A DNA stretch of 64,000 nt from an uncultured Acetatifactor sp. (GCA_947588205.1 CANPYG010000002.1:11427-75426); one strand, 5' to 3'. Positions 19,490-30,597 are shown, counted from the first letter of the stretch. Notes: generated by a model not told the origin, from the sequence alone. Program-made: numbers and translations.

Positions 19490-20731
19490 CTAAATGACCC
19501 TTCTGATCGTTATATAGGACTTGTAATTTATATTGCTGATCTTGATCCCGGATCTGGGGTTGCTGGCATGCACGATCTTACCGTTGCCGATATAGAGGGC
19601 GACGTGCCCTTCATAGCAGACGATATCGCCCGGCTGCGCTTCTGCGTAGGAAACGCCCTTTCCCACGCTTCTCTGAGAATAGGATGTTCTCGGCAGAGAA
19701 TACCCGAAATGCTTATAAACGCTCTGGGTAAAGCCGGAGCAGTCCGTACCGTTTGTCAGGCTGGTTCCTCCCATCACATACGGGTTGCCCACAAACTGGC
19801 AGGCATATTCCGCGATCTGTTTGCCCAGCTCACTGCCGCCCGCGCTGGATATCGTGCCGGAAGCCGAAGTAGATCCGCTTGTGCCGGAAGCCGCAGCTGC
19901 CGCTGCCTTTCTGGCCTCTTCCTCTTTCCGCTTCCTCTCCTCGTCCTGCAGTCTCTTTAACTCCTTCTGGTCCTGCTGCAGTTTTTTCTTGGCAGCCGCT
20001 GCCTGCTTTTTGAATGCCGCGATCTCCGCATCATAGTCAGCGGACTGCGCCTTCTTTTTCTCCAGCTGCTTATCCAGCTCAGCCTTCATCTGGTCAAGCT
20101 CATCCTTATCGGCCTGCAGCTGTATTTTGTCAACCTCCAGCTCATCCCTGTCGGCCTCCAGGCGATTCCACAAAGCCTGTACCTCTTCCTTCGCAGCCTG
20201 GTACTGGTCCAAAAGCTCCTGCCCGTACTGATATACCTTCTCCGTATAATCAGCCTTATTCAGGAAATCGGAGAAATCCCTGCTGTCAAAAAGGATGGCA
20301 AGCATGGAGGTGTCATTATTCTCATACATGAAGCGGATCTGTTCCTTAACCGCCTCATACTGCTCTTCTTCCTTCGCCTTTGCAGCCTCATACGCGGTCT
20401 CGGCCTGTCCGATCTCTAACTGCTTCCTGGCAATCTCATTCTCCTTTTCGGCGATCTCATCCGCCTTCAGGTCAATCTCGGTCATCATATTGAAGATCTC
20501 GGAATTCAGGTCCGCGATCTCCTCCTCCAGCAGGTCCTGCTCATCCGACAAACCGGAAATAGTATTGTTAATCTTATCCAGGTTATTCTGATCCTCCTTA
20601 ATCTGATCCTGGACACCCTTTATCGTACTGGCAGACACGACGCAGGCATTTGAAAATGACGAGACCAACACCGATGCGGTTACCCCAAATAACACTATAT
20701 ACTTTTTTAGACTTTCTTTTTTCTTTCCCAT
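19490..20731 (-). CDS. Coiled-coil (PcsB/CwlO-like) + NlpC/P60 cell-wall hydrolase
   Basis: Signal peptide, long heptad coiled coil, DCSGFTQ ... HVALYIG ... VHAS. Confidence 0.92.
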   Translation of the reverse strand: MGKKKESLKKYIVLFGVTASVLVSSFSNACVVSASTIKGVQDQIKEDQNNLDKINNTISGLSDEQDLLEEEIADLNSEIFNMMTEIDLKADEIAEKENEIARKQLEIGQAETAYEAAKAKEEEQYEAVKEQIRFMYENNDTSMLAILFDSRDFSDFLNKADYTEKVYQYGQELLDQYQAAKEEVQALWNRLEADRDELEVDKIQLQADKDELDQMKAELDKQLEKKKAQSADYDAEIAAFKKQAAAAKKKLQQDQKELKRLQDEERKRKEEEARKAAAAAASGTSGSTSASGTISSAGGSELGKQIAEYACQFVGNPYVMGGTSLTNGTDCSGFTQSVYKHFGYSLPRTSYSQRSVGKGVSYAEAQPGDIVCYEGHVALYIGNGKIVHASNPRSGIKISNINYKSYITIRRVI

Positions 20732-20864
20732 AATATCAGCATAACACATCTTTACACAAAATGCACTACTTTTTTTAAAAAAAATGTAATTTTTTCGTAA
20801 CAACCTTTTCCGGTGCGCAAGTCTGCCAAAAGCGTCCGGTGAGACGCCCTAAGCCTGTCCTTCC

Positions 20865-22256
20865 CTACAGCTCACAATTATTCACTGTACGCGGGAACGG
20901 GATCACATCCCTGATATTTCCCATGCCGGTCAGGTACATCACGCATCTTTCAAAACCTAATCCGAACCCTGCATGCCTTACCGATCCGTATCTCCTCAGA
21001 TCCAGGTAAAACTCATAATCCTCTTTCTTAAGCCCCAGCTCCTCCATCCTGGCTTCCAGGACCTCCAGCTTATCCTCCCTCTGGCTGCCCCCGATGATCT
21101 CGCCGATGCCGGGCACCAGACAATCCATCGCCGCCACGGTCTTGCCGTCCTCATTTAACTTCATATAGAACGCCTTGATCTCCTTGGGATAATCCGTCAC
21201 AAAGACAGGCCTCTTAAATTCCTTCTCCGTCAAATACCTCTCATGCTCTGTCTGCAGGTCGCAGCCCCAGTATACCTTATAATCGAACTCATCGTTGTGC
21301 CGGGAGAGGATCTCAATCGCCTCGGTATAGGTCACATGTCCGAAATCCGAATTCAAGACGTGATTCAGCCTCTCGATCAGACCCTTGTCCACGAACTGGT
21401 TAAAGAACGCCATTTCCTCCGGCGCGTTCTCTAAGACATAACGGATGACAAACTTCAGCATCGCCTCCGCCAGGAGCATATCATCCTTCAGATCCGCGAA
21501 CGCCATCTCCGGCTCGATCATCCAGAACTCCGCAGCGTGCCTGGTGGTGTTGGAATTTTCCGCCCGGAAGGTCGGTCCGAAGGTATATACATTCTTAAAG
21601 GCAAAGGCATAGGTCTCCACGTTCAGCTGCCCGCTCACCGTCAGATTGGTGGGCTTTCCAAAGAAATCCTGGGCATAATCCACCTGTCCGTCCTCTGTCT
21701 TCGGGACATTGTTCAGATCCAGGGTGGTCACCTGGAACATCTCGCCCGCGCCCTCGCAGTCGCTTCCGGTTATGAGGGGCGTATGCACATACACAAATCC
21801 CCTCTCCATAAAAAAGGTATGAATCGCATAGGCAATCAGGGAACGCACACGGAATACCGCCTGGAAGGTGTTGGTCCTCGGGCGCAGGTGAGAGATCGTC
21901 CTCAGATATTCAAAGGAATGCCTCTTCTTCTGCAGAGGATAGTCCGCCGTGGAGGCTCCTTCCACCACAACCTCCTCCGCCTGCATTTCAAATGCCTGCT
22001 TCGCCTGGGGAGTCTCCACGATCCTGCCCCGCACGATCACCGCAGTTCCCACATTCATTTTGCAGAGGGTATCAAAATTGGGAAGCCTGTTCCCGTACAC
22101 CACCTGAAGGGGTTCAAAAAAGGTTCCGTCGTTGATCACCAGGAAACCGAAATTCTTGGAATCCCTGTTGCTCCTGACCCAGCCCCCTACGGTAAGCTCC
22201 TTATCAACATAAGCTTTGCTGTCACGATACAAATCCCTGATATCCGTTAAATCCAT
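20865..22256 (-). CDS. asnS: Asparagine-tRNA ligase
   Basis: [40 protein letters not shown] and GFGLGFER motifs. Confidence 0.97.
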   Translation of the reverse strand: MDLTDIRDLYRDSKAYVDKELTVGGWVRSNRDSKNFGFLVINDGTFFEPLQVVYGNRLPNFDTLCKMNVGTAVIVRGRIVETPQAKQAFEMQAEEVVVEGASTADYPLQKKRHSFEYLRTISHLRPRTNTFQAVFRVRSLIAYAIHTFFMERGFVYVHTPLITGSDCEGAGEMFQVTTLDLNNVPKTEDGQVDYAQDFFGKPTNLTVSGQLNVETYAFAFKNVYTFGPTFRAENSNTTRHAAEFWMIEPEMAFADLKDDMLLAEAMLKFVIRYVLENAPEEMAFFNQFVDKGLIERLNHVLNSDFGHVTYTEAIEILSRHNDEFDYKVYWGCDLQTEHERYLTEKEFKRPVFVTDYPKEIKAFYMKLNEDGKTVAAMDCLVPGIGEIIGGSQREDKLEVLEARMEELGLKKEDYEFYLDLRRYGSVRHAGFGLGFERCVMYLTGMGNIRDVIPFPRTVNNCEL

Positions 22257-22354
22257 TTTTCCTCCATTCCATCGCCGGAAACGGTATTTTCTCCGCCGTC
22301 CTTCCCCGGATCGATTCAACATTCTCTCATCTTTTACAGCCCATATATAAGAGC

Positions 22355-23458
22355 CTATGACTCCGTTACAACCGCATTTTCAACCAGGAAATCGATCACA
22401 TCCTCCGACAGGAAGGCTTCTCTGTAAACCTCCTTGTCCGTTTCCTGCAGAAGCTCCTCTACCCCCTGCGCCCCGACCTCTTCGGCATATTGCTCCATCC
22501 TCGTCTGAAGCGCATCATCCGATATGCCCAGCCCTTCCGCGTCGGCGATGGCCCAAAAAGCCAGCGCCTGCCTCACAGACATCTCGGCCAAGATATTCGC
22601 GGTATCCTCAAGAGACATTCCATAGAGATAATTCGCAAGGGTCTCCCCGTCCAGGCCATACATAGATGCTGCGGCTTCCATGCTGTTTACCATATCCTGC
22701 CGGTACTGCTTTAAAAGCACCTCCGGTAACTCCTCAAATATGCAATTCTCCAACACGGTCTGCAGGACCGCATATTCCAGGTTGCTGTCATGATTCTCCT
22801 GCAGCTCTTCATAATGGTTGTCACGCACGTACTCCCTGAGCTGTTCCGCACTGGAATAATCCTCCGCCCCGAAACCGGCGATGATTTCATCCGTCATCTC
22901 CGCGACTATATAATTGATCGTTACGGTAAAAACAACCTGTGCGCCCGCCAGCTCGGCGTTGCCGTAATTTTCCGGGAAGGTCAGGTTCAGGTCCACAGTC
23001 TCCTGGGGCATCACGCCAACAAGCCCTTCCTCAAAGCCGCTGATGAAAGTATGGGAACCAATGGTCAGGAACGCGCCCGAGGCTGCTCCGCCATCGAAGG
23101 CCACGCCGTCCTTTTTCCCTACATAGTCAATATTGACGGTATCGCCGTTCTCTACCGCACGGTCGGTCACACTCCCGTTATCCATCGCCGTATGAGAACA
23201 GTATTCCTGCCAGACCAGATCCTCCAGCTGTGTTTCAACGGAAGCTACCGTAACGGCGACCCCCTTATATTCCCCCAGGGTTACATAATCAGTTACTGTC
23301 ATTTCATTCAGATTCACCCTGGGAGTGGTCTCGCCCGCATTGCCCCCCTGCAGGCTCTCCGTACCGGTTCCGGATTCATTGTCCTTCCCGGAGCCGCAGC
23401 CTGCAAGGCATACGCACAGAAACGCTGCGCAGAGCCCTAAAATAAGCTTTTTCTTCAT
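22355..23458 (-). CDS. Lipid-anchored trigger-factor-like FKBP PPIase
   Basis: Lipobox LAGC; [10 protein letters not shown] ... [11 protein letters not shown] ... [16 protein letters not shown] domain; TF C-terminal-like helices. Confidence 0.85.
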   Translation of the reverse strand: MKKKLILGLCAAFLCVCLAGCGSGKDNESGTGTESLQGGNAGETTPRVNLNEMTVTDYVTLGEYKGVAVTVASVETQLEDLVWQEYCSHTAMDNGSVTDRAVENGDTVNIDYVGKKDGVAFDGGAASGAFLTIGSHTFISGFEEGLVGVMPQETVDLNLTFPENYGNAELAGAQVVFTVTINYIVAEMTDEIIAGFGAEDYSSAEQLREYVRDNHYEELQENHDSNLEYAVLQTVLENCIFEELPEVLLKQYRQDMVNSMEAAASMYGLDGETLANYLYGMSLEDTANILAEMSVRQALAFWAIADAEGLGISDDALQTRMEQYAEEVGAQGVEELLQETDKEVYREAFLSEDVIDFLVENAVVTES

Positions 23459-23637
23459 CGTAATATCCTCACTTTAATTTCGCTGTTCAAAAACGTTTCT
23501 ATTTTACCACAAAATATTTCCCTTTAAAAGTCTTTTTATAAAAACTTCTTCATTTCCTCCAAATGAATTATTGCGAAAACCATAATAGTTGTGGTACAAT
23601 ATCGGCAGGAACATATTATGCTAAGGAGGGAACTTAA

Positions 23638-24114
23638 ATGCCGACCCCACTTATTGTATTTTTAATCATTCTGGCGCTTCTTATTATAGGAATCGTGGTG
23701 CTGTATTTTCTGGGCAAGCGTGCGCAGAAAAAGCAGGACGAACAGCAGGCCATGCTGGAAGAGCATAAACAGACTGTATCCATGCTGGTCATTGACAAGA
23801 AGCGAATGAAGCTCAAGGAATCCGGTCTTCCCCAGTCCGTGATCGATCAGACGCCGAAGCTGATGCGGGGTTCAAAGCTTCCCATCGTCAAGGTAAAGGT
23901 CGGTCCCCAGATCCTGAGTCTGGTCTCTGACGAAAAGATTTTTGACTCCATTCCAATCAAAAAGGAAGTCAAAGCGGTCGTAAGCGGTATCTATATCATG
24001 AGCGTGAAGGGACTTCACGGCAAGCCCGAAAAGCAGCCGGAGAAAAAGAAGGGCTTTTTCAAACGCGCGATGGAAATGGCGCAGGAGAAGGCCGGCGCCA
24101 AGCCTTTAAAATGA
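23638..24114 (+). CDS. Conserved hypothetical single-pass membrane protein
   Basis: N-terminal TM helix; strong AAGGAGG SD; upstream extended -10 TACAAT. Confidence 0.8.
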   Translation: MPTPLIVFLIILALLIIGIVVLYFLGKRAQKKQDEQQAMLEEHKQTVSMLVIDKKRMKLKESGLPQSVIDQTPKLMRGSKLPIVKVKVGPQILSLVSDEKIFDSIPIKKEVKAVVSGIYIMSVKGLHGKPEKQPEKKKGFFKRAMEMAQEKAGAKPLK

Positions 24115-24227
24115 TCTGTCTTTCATAGAAATACTTCAAAGAGGGGTTCTGTCATTTCGACAGCACCCCCCTTTCACATAAGGTCGGTATCCGGTAAGGT
24201 CAGTATCCGGTGCGTAAAGTCCGATGC

Positions 24228-24587
24228 TTACAGGCCGTTGGATTCCTGGAACATGCGGATTGCCGCAGCCGTTGCGGCATAGTCCTTGTCCACCTGCTCT
24301 AACAGCTCCTCAACCTGCGGGGTATAACCATATCTGAGCGCCTCTGTCAGATCATGGCTGGAAGCCTCCAGCTTACTGAAGCTTAAGTTCTGGCAGACAC
24401 CCTTTATGGTATGCGCCGCACGGAAGGCTTCCCCATAATTCTTCTCCTGCAGGAATTTATGCAGGTTCCCATAGCTTTCGTCCGTAAGGAACTTCAACAC
24501 AAATTTCTGCACCAGCCGTTCACTGCGAAGTCTGCCTATCACTTCTTCATAAGAACCGATTGTCTCATAACACTCCTGTAACGTCAT
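24228..24587 (-). CDS. Stand-alone Hpt (histidine phosphotransfer) protein
   Basis: AFRAAHTIKGVCQNL motif. Confidence 0.9.
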   Translation of the reverse strand: MTLQECYETIGSYEEVIGRLRSERLVQKFVLKFLTDESYGNLHKFLQEKNYGEAFRAAHTIKGVCQNLSFSKLEASSHDLTEALRYGYTPQVEELLEQVDKDYAATAAAIRMFQESNGL

Positions 24588-24612
24588 TTTCCTGTTTCCT
24601 TTCCTATCCTGT

Positions 24613-25071
24613 CTAATGAAGGGATAACTCTTCTTTTCTGGAATGAATCTTCATGGAAAGCTTGCAATCCGCCAGATGTTCATAATTAACCTCCAGGGCA
24701 TAATCCACGTCTACCCGGATCTCTTCCTCAGCCTCTTCCAGTCTGATCCTTTTCGCATCAATTCCTATCAGAATACTGCCAAAGGGGGTAGAATAATTTG
24801 TCATATTCTTCCGGTTCTCTTCAAATACCATATGTACACTGATCAGTCCCTTTTTGGTGAGATCCAGACTGTGCTCCCTGAACTTTATTATATTTCTGGC
24901 CGATCCCTCAAAGCCTTCAAAAAGCTCGTCATAAATCACGTAATGGCTGTTATCCCTCTGATAATATTCTGCTGCCGTCACTGTCTCCACATGGTCCTCC
25001 TCTTCCAGGAGGTTGAATTGCAGCCCCTTTATGGAGACAAGCACATCCTTCGTCATGTCAATAATCCTCAA
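24613..25071 (-). CDS. DUF1934-family beta-barrel protein
   Basis: YVIYDE ... Y.TPFGSILIGI ... VDYALEVN pattern. Confidence 0.8.
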   Translation of the reverse strand: MRIIDMTKDVLVSIKGLQFNLLEEEDHVETVTAAEYYQRDNSHYVIYDELFEGFEGSARNIIKFREHSLDLTKKGLISVHMVFEENRKNMTNYSTPFGSILIGIDAKRIRLEEAEEEIRVDVDYALEVNYEHLADCKLSMKIHSRKEELSLH

Positions 25072-25897
25072 TATTTACTAATTTTGCGGATAAAATCCCA
25101 TACTTAATGATGGAATTGGCAAACTGCTTGAACTTCTCTGCCGCGTCACTGACGTAAAACTGATACTGATTGGCACCGAGCCCCGGCGTCTCCCGGTTCA
25201 GAAGCCCTTTGCGCTCCAGCATCTGCCTGAGCTCCCTGGCAGTCTCGTAGGCGGGATTTACAAGGGTGACATTGTTCCCCATAATACGGCCAAGCGTGGA
25301 ACGGATCAGGGGATAATGGGTGCAGCCCAGGATCAGCGTGTCAATATCACAGTCTATCAGCTCCATCAGATAACGCCTTGCGATCTCCTCTGTCACAGGA
25401 TCCTGCCAGAGCCCTTCCTCCACCAGGGGTACAAAAAGCGGGCATGCCTTTCCATAAATCATTGCGTCAGGGGTCAGCTCCTTTATGTACTGATTATAAA
25501 TCTTACTGCCGATGGTAGCTTCCGTTGCAATCACACCGATCCGCCCGTTCCTGGTCACCTCGGCGGCCGCCTTTGCCCCGGGCTTGACCACGCCGATCAC
25601 AGGGATATCGCATTCATTCTCCAATTCCTCCAAGGCATAGGCGCTGGCGGTATTGCATGCCACTACAATAGTCTTCACGTCATGCGCCTGCAGGAAACGG
25701 ACGATCTGCCTTGAGAACCTGGTCACTGTTTCCTTTGACTTGCTTCCGTAGGGCACGCGGGCTGTATCTCCAAAATAGATAATGGATTCATTGGGAATCT
25801 GGCGCATGATTTCCTTCGCCACCGTCAGACCGCCCACCCCGGAATCAAAGACACCGATGGGGCGCTTCTCTAGAGGCTCCAGCTTATCCTCGTTCAT
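25058..25897 (-). CDS. murI: Glutamate racemase
   Basis: FDSGVGGLTV, VPYG, ACNTAS and LGCTHYP motifs. Confidence 0.97.
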   Translation of the reverse strand: MNEDKLEPLEKRPIGVFDSGVGGLTVAKEIMRQIPNESIIYFGDTARVPYGSKSKETVTRFSRQIVRFLQAHDVKTIVVACNTASAYALEELENECDIPVIGVVKPGAKAAAEVTRNGRIGVIATEATIGSKIYNQYIKELTPDAMIYGKACPLFVPLVEEGLWQDPVTEEIARRYLMELIDCDIDTLILGCTHYPLIRSTLGRIMGNNVTLVNPAYETARELRQMLERKGLLNRETPGLGANQYQFYVSDAAEKFKQFANSIIKYGILSAKLVNIEDY

Positions 25898-25902
25898 GGA
25901 CG

Positions 25903-26178
25903 CTACTCCTTTTTCCAAAATTCCAGATGTTCTATAATTAATTTCAGGATTCCGCTTCTAAACCGGACATTTTCAGGGGCGGCCTCCAGGATCTCCCTGT
26001 AAATACTGCCCTCGAAGTTCCATTCTACCATATCTGCGCCCTCTTGTACAGTCCCATTCTCCGGTATTATACAATAAGTATCTCCTGTCAGGCTAAGCTG
26101 CGGATACAAAATTCCCCACCAGCCAAACGCCGCGCACAAAATAAGAACGGTTGCGATATATCTCGCCCTTTGCTTCAT
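25903..26178 (-). CDS. Small membrane/secreted hypothetical protein (WWGxLYP motif)
   Basis: Hydrophobic N-terminus; SD present; fits between the GntR gene and murI. Confidence 0.65.
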   Translation of the reverse strand: MKQRARYIATVLILCAAFGWWGILYPQLSLTGDTYCIIPENGTVQEGADMVEWNFEGSIYREILEAAPENVRFRSGILKLIIEHLEFWKKE

Positions 26179-26239
26179 ATCTTACTCCTTTCAGAATTCA
26201 TCTCTCTGAAAGGAGTATTGCCGCATATTTCCATTCTAT

Positions 26240-26926
26240 TCAGGAACGCCTGGTCCGTTCCAGGTGAATCTGGTTTAAAATCGCCTTTTCCTGATTGTCG
26301 ATATGCACCTTGGCGGCGTGGGAGGCTGTTTCCTTATCCTTACGCCGGATGCTTTCATAGATGACGCGGTGCTCCTCCACCAGGCGCTGATGCTGGGAAC
26401 AGTCCTTAATGTATTCAAAACGGTAGCGGTACATCTGCTCGGACAGATTATTAACAAGCTGGATCAGGCGCTGATTGCCCGTCGCCTCCAAAATGATATC
26501 ATGCAGCTCCACATCCGCTTTTGCGATCTTCTTCACATCTCCGTCCGCAACCGCATGTTCAAAATTCTCACAGGCCTTTCCGAGCAGCTCAAGCCCCTCC
26601 TTCGTGATCCTGTCACAGGCGAGCTCGGCGCACAAAGCGTCCACGGCCCTTCTCACCTCCAGGACGTCTATCATGCTCTTTTCCGTGATCTGCGCGACCT
26701 CCGCTCCCCTTCTCGGGATCATGGTCACCAGCCCCTCCAGCTCCAGCTTCCGGATCGCTTCGCGGATCGGGGTCCTGCTGACGCCCAGCCTGTTTGCCAG
26801 ATGAATCTCCATCAGCCTCTCCCCCGGCTTTAATTCGCCGGTCAGGATGGCCTGCCTCAAGGTGTTGAATACCACATCCCTCAGGGGCAAAAATTCATCC
26901 ATTTTCACCTGTAAATCATCCTGCAT
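26240..26926 (-). CDS. GntR-family (FCD) regulator
   Basis: LKPGERL ... GVSRTPIREAIRKLELEGLV motif. Confidence 0.95.
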   Translation of the reverse strand: MQDDLQVKMDEFLPLRDVVFNTLRQAILTGELKPGERLMEIHLANRLGVSRTPIREAIRKLELEGLVTMIPRRGAEVAQITEKSMIDVLEVRRAVDALCAELACDRITKEGLELLGKACENFEHAVADGDVKKIAKADVELHDIILEATGNQRLIQLVNNLSEQMYRYRFEYIKDCSQHQRLVEEHRVIYESIRRKDKETASHAAKVHIDNQEKAILNQIHLERTRRS

Positions 26927-26961
26927 GTTCTCACCTCATTCCCGCATGAATGCTTAGTACC

Positions 26962-27819
26962 TTAACAGAACTCCGTCAGAAACAGCTGCGGCACCAGTTT
27001 TTCCGACTTCATCTGTTCAAAAGCCTCTCTTGCAACTCTCTCATTTACAAAAATACCGAAAACAGTGGGACCGCTTCCGCTCATCATGCTGTTTAACGCT
27101 CCCAGCTCCTTCATCCGTTCCTTCAGCTTATCGATCACAGGGTATTGTCTTGCGGTCACGCTCTCCAGCACATTCCCCATCCGGTCCAGCACTCCCTGCA
27201 GGCTTTCTTCCCAGATCGCCTCCACCATACCGTCCACATCCGGATGCTCATCCACCTGCACCGCGTCGAACTGCTCATATACATCCTTCGTGGACACTGC
27301 AATATCCGGCTTTGCCACCATCACAAAGCATTCCGGCGCAGGATTCAGGGAGGTGAGCTTTTCCCCGATTCCCTCTGCAAGGGCCGTTCCCCCAAGGATA
27401 CAATAGGGCACATCCGCCCCCACGCGCACCCCGAGGTGCATCAGGTCCTCCAGGGAAGCATCCAGATCGAACAGCCTGTTGATCCCTTTAAAAGTGGCTG
27501 CGGCATCGCTGCTCCCGCCTGCCATTCCGGCAGCGGCCGGAATGGTCTTCTTCAGGTAAATATCAATTCCTGAAGGGATATGGTATGCATCTTTCATTAT
27601 TTTTGCTGCTTTATAAACAAGATTATCCTCATCGGCAGGAACGTTTCCGCCCTCTATCATCAAATGAATTCCTTCCTTACATTTTGAAAAACGTATCTCA
27701 TCATAAATCCCGATCGTCTGCATGATCATCCTCACATTGTGATAACCGTTCTCCCGCCTTCCGACCACGTCCAGCGCCAGATTGATCTTCGCATATGCCT
27801 TCATCTGATAACTATCCAT
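26962..27819 (-). CDS. ispE: 4-diphosphocytidyl-2-C-methyl-D-erythritol kinase
   Basis: AYAKINL, IPAAAGMAGGSSDAAA, GADVP and MSGSGPT motifs. Confidence 0.96.
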   Translation of the reverse strand: MDSYQMKAYAKINLALDVVGRRENGYHNVRMIMQTIGIYDEIRFSKCKEGIHLMIEGGNVPADEDNLVYKAAKIMKDAYHIPSGIDIYLKKTIPAAAGMAGGSSDAAATFKGINRLFDLDASLEDLMHLGVRVGADVPYCILGGTALAEGIGEKLTSLNPAPECFVMVAKPDIAVSTKDVYEQFDAVQVDEHPDVDGMVEAIWEESLQGVLDRMGNVLESVTARQYPVIDKLKERMKELGALNSMMSGSGPTVFGIFVNERVAREAFEQMKSEKLVPQLFLTEFC

Positions 27820-27931
27820 CGTGATACCTCTTTCGCACTGACTATGCTACATTATAATACTCATGGATATGTATTTTGTATACACTTTGATTGTATTTAT
27901 TCTAATACAATTCCGGACGCCTTGTCAATAT

Positions 27932-27967
27932 AAAAAGTACCGCAAAAAATCTTTTGCGGCACTTTTT
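27932..27967. terminator. Bidirectional intrinsic terminator
   Basis: aaaaagt-accgcaaaa-aatc-ttttgcgg-c-acttttt. Confidence 0.7.
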
Positions 27968-27993
27968 CGTAACAGATCGCCCTGTGCGCAGGC

Positions 27994-29562
27994 TTATGCG
28001 CCCTTCACTAACAAAAGCTTCTGTCCCGGAAAGATTTCATCTCCCTCAAGACCGTTGGCGCGCCTGATGCTTTCCACGGACAGAAAATACTTTTTCCCGA
28101 TATTCCAGAGGTTATCCCCCTTTTTCACCACATAGATCGCCATGCCCGGCAGGGCCGCGATGACCCCGGCATCCAGCTCCCTGCACTGTACGCTCTGGAT
28201 TATTTCCATGGGCACGGTGGAAAAAGCCGTGGTACGAAAGGCCAGGATCGCCTTTACATCCATTTCCTCCCCGTCCAGCATGGAAACCTGCAGCTGTTCC
28301 ACCTGTGCGTGAACCCTGCCCATATCCCGGGGGGTAATACCCATCACCTCTAAGGTGTACTGATAGGGGATCTGCGCCTGGACATTGGCATACGGGGATT
28401 CGTCGTCCCCGGTAATATAAAGGACGCAGACATTCAGGCTGCCCGAAACCTGGATCCCGTTTTCCACAATCTGCTGATCTTCGACGGCGACCGTGCCTTC
28501 GCTGTAAAGCAGCTGCATTACGCCCCCGCTGCCCTGGACCCGGATACGGTCCGTTACCTTGGATTTGCCGTTCACCTTCGCAAGAAGCCTGCGGAAGCCG
28601 GCGGGCCGTAAGGCAGTCTCTACCTGGCTGGTGACTCCGTAAATATCCGTGACGATTTCCACGTTTTCCTCTTCATACAGCTTCATGGAAATGTTCAGGA
28701 CAATTTCCAGGCCAAGCGAGCGTTCCTCACCGTCCAGATCAGGCTTAACCGTAATAAACGGCTGCCCATGCTCCTGTACGCTCGCCGTATAACGGATATC
28801 GGGGATCATTCCCTCCTTGCTTCCATGACAATCCAGGGAGCCGTTAAAAGGGAGATTATATTCGAAGGTGCGCACAGGATGCTCCTCCCCCTCCCCCTCA
28901 TAAAGCACGAAGATGTGAACCTCTCCCTGCATCTGGATCTTCTCGGACATCACTCTGAATTCCACGTCCCCCAGGTTCACATCGCTCCAAAGGATCTGGA
29001 AAATGTTCGGATAGTTGCCGGGCAGTCCGATTTCTTCCTTGATCCGGAAAATGTCATTCTTGCAAATGGCGATCTGCGCCAGGTTTAGGGAGGCTTTGCG
29101 GTATTCTGCCATATCCTCCCCATAGACGCCTATGGGCGCCTCTTCATCATAAAGCTCTTCCACCCATGCATTTAAAGTCACCACGGACTGGACGCTCAGC
29201 TTTCTGGAATTGATCAGGGATATGCTCAGATCCTCAACCTCCCCCTCCACGGTAACATTATCCGTATTCAGGACGCCCTGCAGATTCATCTTCTCTTCAA
29301 AGGGAATCCTGCCCTCCAGACAGACCAGCCCGCACCCGTCCTCGTCCGTATGGTAAAGAATCTGGAACGACAGCCTTCCCCGGATATTCACATGGTCTGT
29401 CCCCGGTCTGATCTCATCGATCACCACACATCCCTTGTTCAGGTTCAGCGTGCTCACATCCGGTTTATTCTCCGGCACGTTCAGATCATCCTCCAGGGTG
29501 ATCTGGCTGACCGCCTCTTTGCTGATGCGGTCCATATGTATATTTTTCTTCAATAACTCCAT
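27994..29562 (-). CDS. SPOCS/DUF3794 repeat + LysM spore-coat morphogenetic protein (SipL-like)
   Basis: Repeated beta-sandwich segments; C-terminal YVVKKGDNLWNIGKKY LysM. Confidence 0.88.
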   Translation of the reverse strand: MELLKKNIHMDRISKEAVSQITLEDDLNVPENKPDVSTLNLNKGCVVIDEIRPGTDHVNIRGRLSFQILYHTDEDGCGLVCLEGRIPFEEKMNLQGVLNTDNVTVEGEVEDLSISLINSRKLSVQSVVTLNAWVEELYDEEAPIGVYGEDMAEYRKASLNLAQIAICKNDIFRIKEEIGLPGNYPNIFQILWSDVNLGDVEFRVMSEKIQMQGEVHIFVLYEGEGEEHPVRTFEYNLPFNGSLDCHGSKEGMIPDIRYTASVQEHGQPFITVKPDLDGEERSLGLEIVLNISMKLYEEENVEIVTDIYGVTSQVETALRPAGFRRLLAKVNGKSKVTDRIRVQGSGGVMQLLYSEGTVAVEDQQIVENGIQVSGSLNVCVLYITGDDESPYANVQAQIPYQYTLEVMGITPRDMGRVHAQVEQLQVSMLDGEEMDVKAILAFRTTAFSTVPMEIIQSVQCRELDAGVIAALPGMAIYVVKKGDNLWNIGKKYFLSVESIRRANGLEGDEIFPGQKLLLVKGA

Positions 29563-29612
29563 GAAAAAATCCCTCCAAACTCGCTTATTAGTCAATGACT
29601 CGCTTATTAATA

Positions 29613-29641
29613 AGCTTATGAAGGGATTGTTCCAGATATTC
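29613..29641 (-). promoter_or_regulatory. Possible sigma-E-type sporulation promoter
   Basis: ATA, 16 nt, CATAagcT upstream of the spore-coat gene. Confidence 0.3.
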
Positions 29642-29691
29642 ATTTTCTATCGGAAAAAATTGATCCTTTGCGGTACCGCCGCCCAGTCCTT

Positions 29692-30597
29692 CTATTTCAC
29701 CGCGCCGATGAGATCGTTTATATCCTCAACGCCGTACCTGTCCATATATGCCTCGATACCGGCTACCACTTCCTCCGTAGTATAAGGATTTACGAAATTC
29801 ATTGCCCCGATGCTCACCGCGCAGGCCCCTGCCAACAGAAATTCGATGGCGTCCTCCGCGGTGGCGATGCCCCCCATACCGATGATGGGGATCTTCACCG
29901 CCTGGGCAGTCTGGTAGACCATGCGTACCGCTATGGGCTTGATGGCTGGACCGCTTAAGCCCCCGGTCTTATTGGCAAGCGCAAAGGTCCTGCGGTGGAT
30001 GTCGATCTTCATTCCCGTGATCGTATTGATCAGCGAAAGGGCGTCCGCCCCCGCAGCCTCCGCAGCCCTTGCCATTTCCGTGATGTCCGTCACATTGGGA
30101 CTGAGCTTCATAATAATGGGCTGCTTCGCGTGCTTTTTGATCTCCTCCGTAATATGGTAAAGGGCATCCGCTTTCTGGCCAAAGGCGATAGCGCCCTCTT
30201 TTACATTGGGACAGGAGACATTGATTTCCAGCATGCTCACGGAAGCATAATCTCCCAGCCTCTCCACGACCTCAACATAATCCTCTACCGTCTTTCCGCA
30301 GACATTGACAATGATCCTGGTATCAAACTGCTCCAGGAAAGGGATATCTCTGCTGCAGAATACATCAATTCCGGGATTCTGCAGACCGATGGCGTTCAGC
30401 ATCCCCCCATAGACCTCCGCAATCCTGGGAGTGGGATTGCCGCTCCAGGGCACATTTGCGACCCCCTTGGTCACTACCGCCCCCAGACGGTTCAGATCCA
30501 CAAATTCCGAATATTCCATTCCGGAGCCAAAGGTTCCGGATGCTGTCATAACCGGGTTCTTAAATTCCACTCCGGCAATCGTTATCCTGGTATTCAT
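29692..30597 (-). CDS. pyrD: Dihydroorotate dehydrogenase B, catalytic subunit
   Basis: ASGTFG, NAIGLQNPG, EINVSCPNV, KLSPN and GGLSG motifs. Confidence 0.96.
   Translation of the reverse strand: MNTRITIAGVEFKNPVMTASGTFGSGMEYSEFVDLNRLGAVVTKGVANVPWSGNPTPRIAEVYGGMLNAIGLQNPGIDVFCSRDIPFLEQFDTRIIVNVCGKTVEDYVEVVERLGDYASVSMLEINVSCPNVKEGAIAFGQKADALYHITEEIKKHAKQPIIMKLSPNVTDITEMARAAEAAGADALSLINTITGMKIDIHRRTFALANKTGGLSGPAIKPIAVRMVYQTAQAVKIPIIGMGGIATAEDAIEFLLAGACAVSIGAMNFVNPYTTEEVVAGIEAYMDRYGVEDINDLIGAVK

Noticed and set aside
22257-22354. Possible T-box leaders for asnS, hisS or aspS
   Set aside because: The leaders are too short, no T-box consensus is seen, and the hisS promoter is only about 40 nt from the start.
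24181-24212. 16-bp direct repeat (aggtc(g/a)gtatccggt)
   Set aside because: Two copies between convergent genes, with no functional context.
29579-29609. 12-bp direct repeat upstream of the spore-coat gene
   Set aside because: Could be a regulator site, but I cannot match it to a known consensus.
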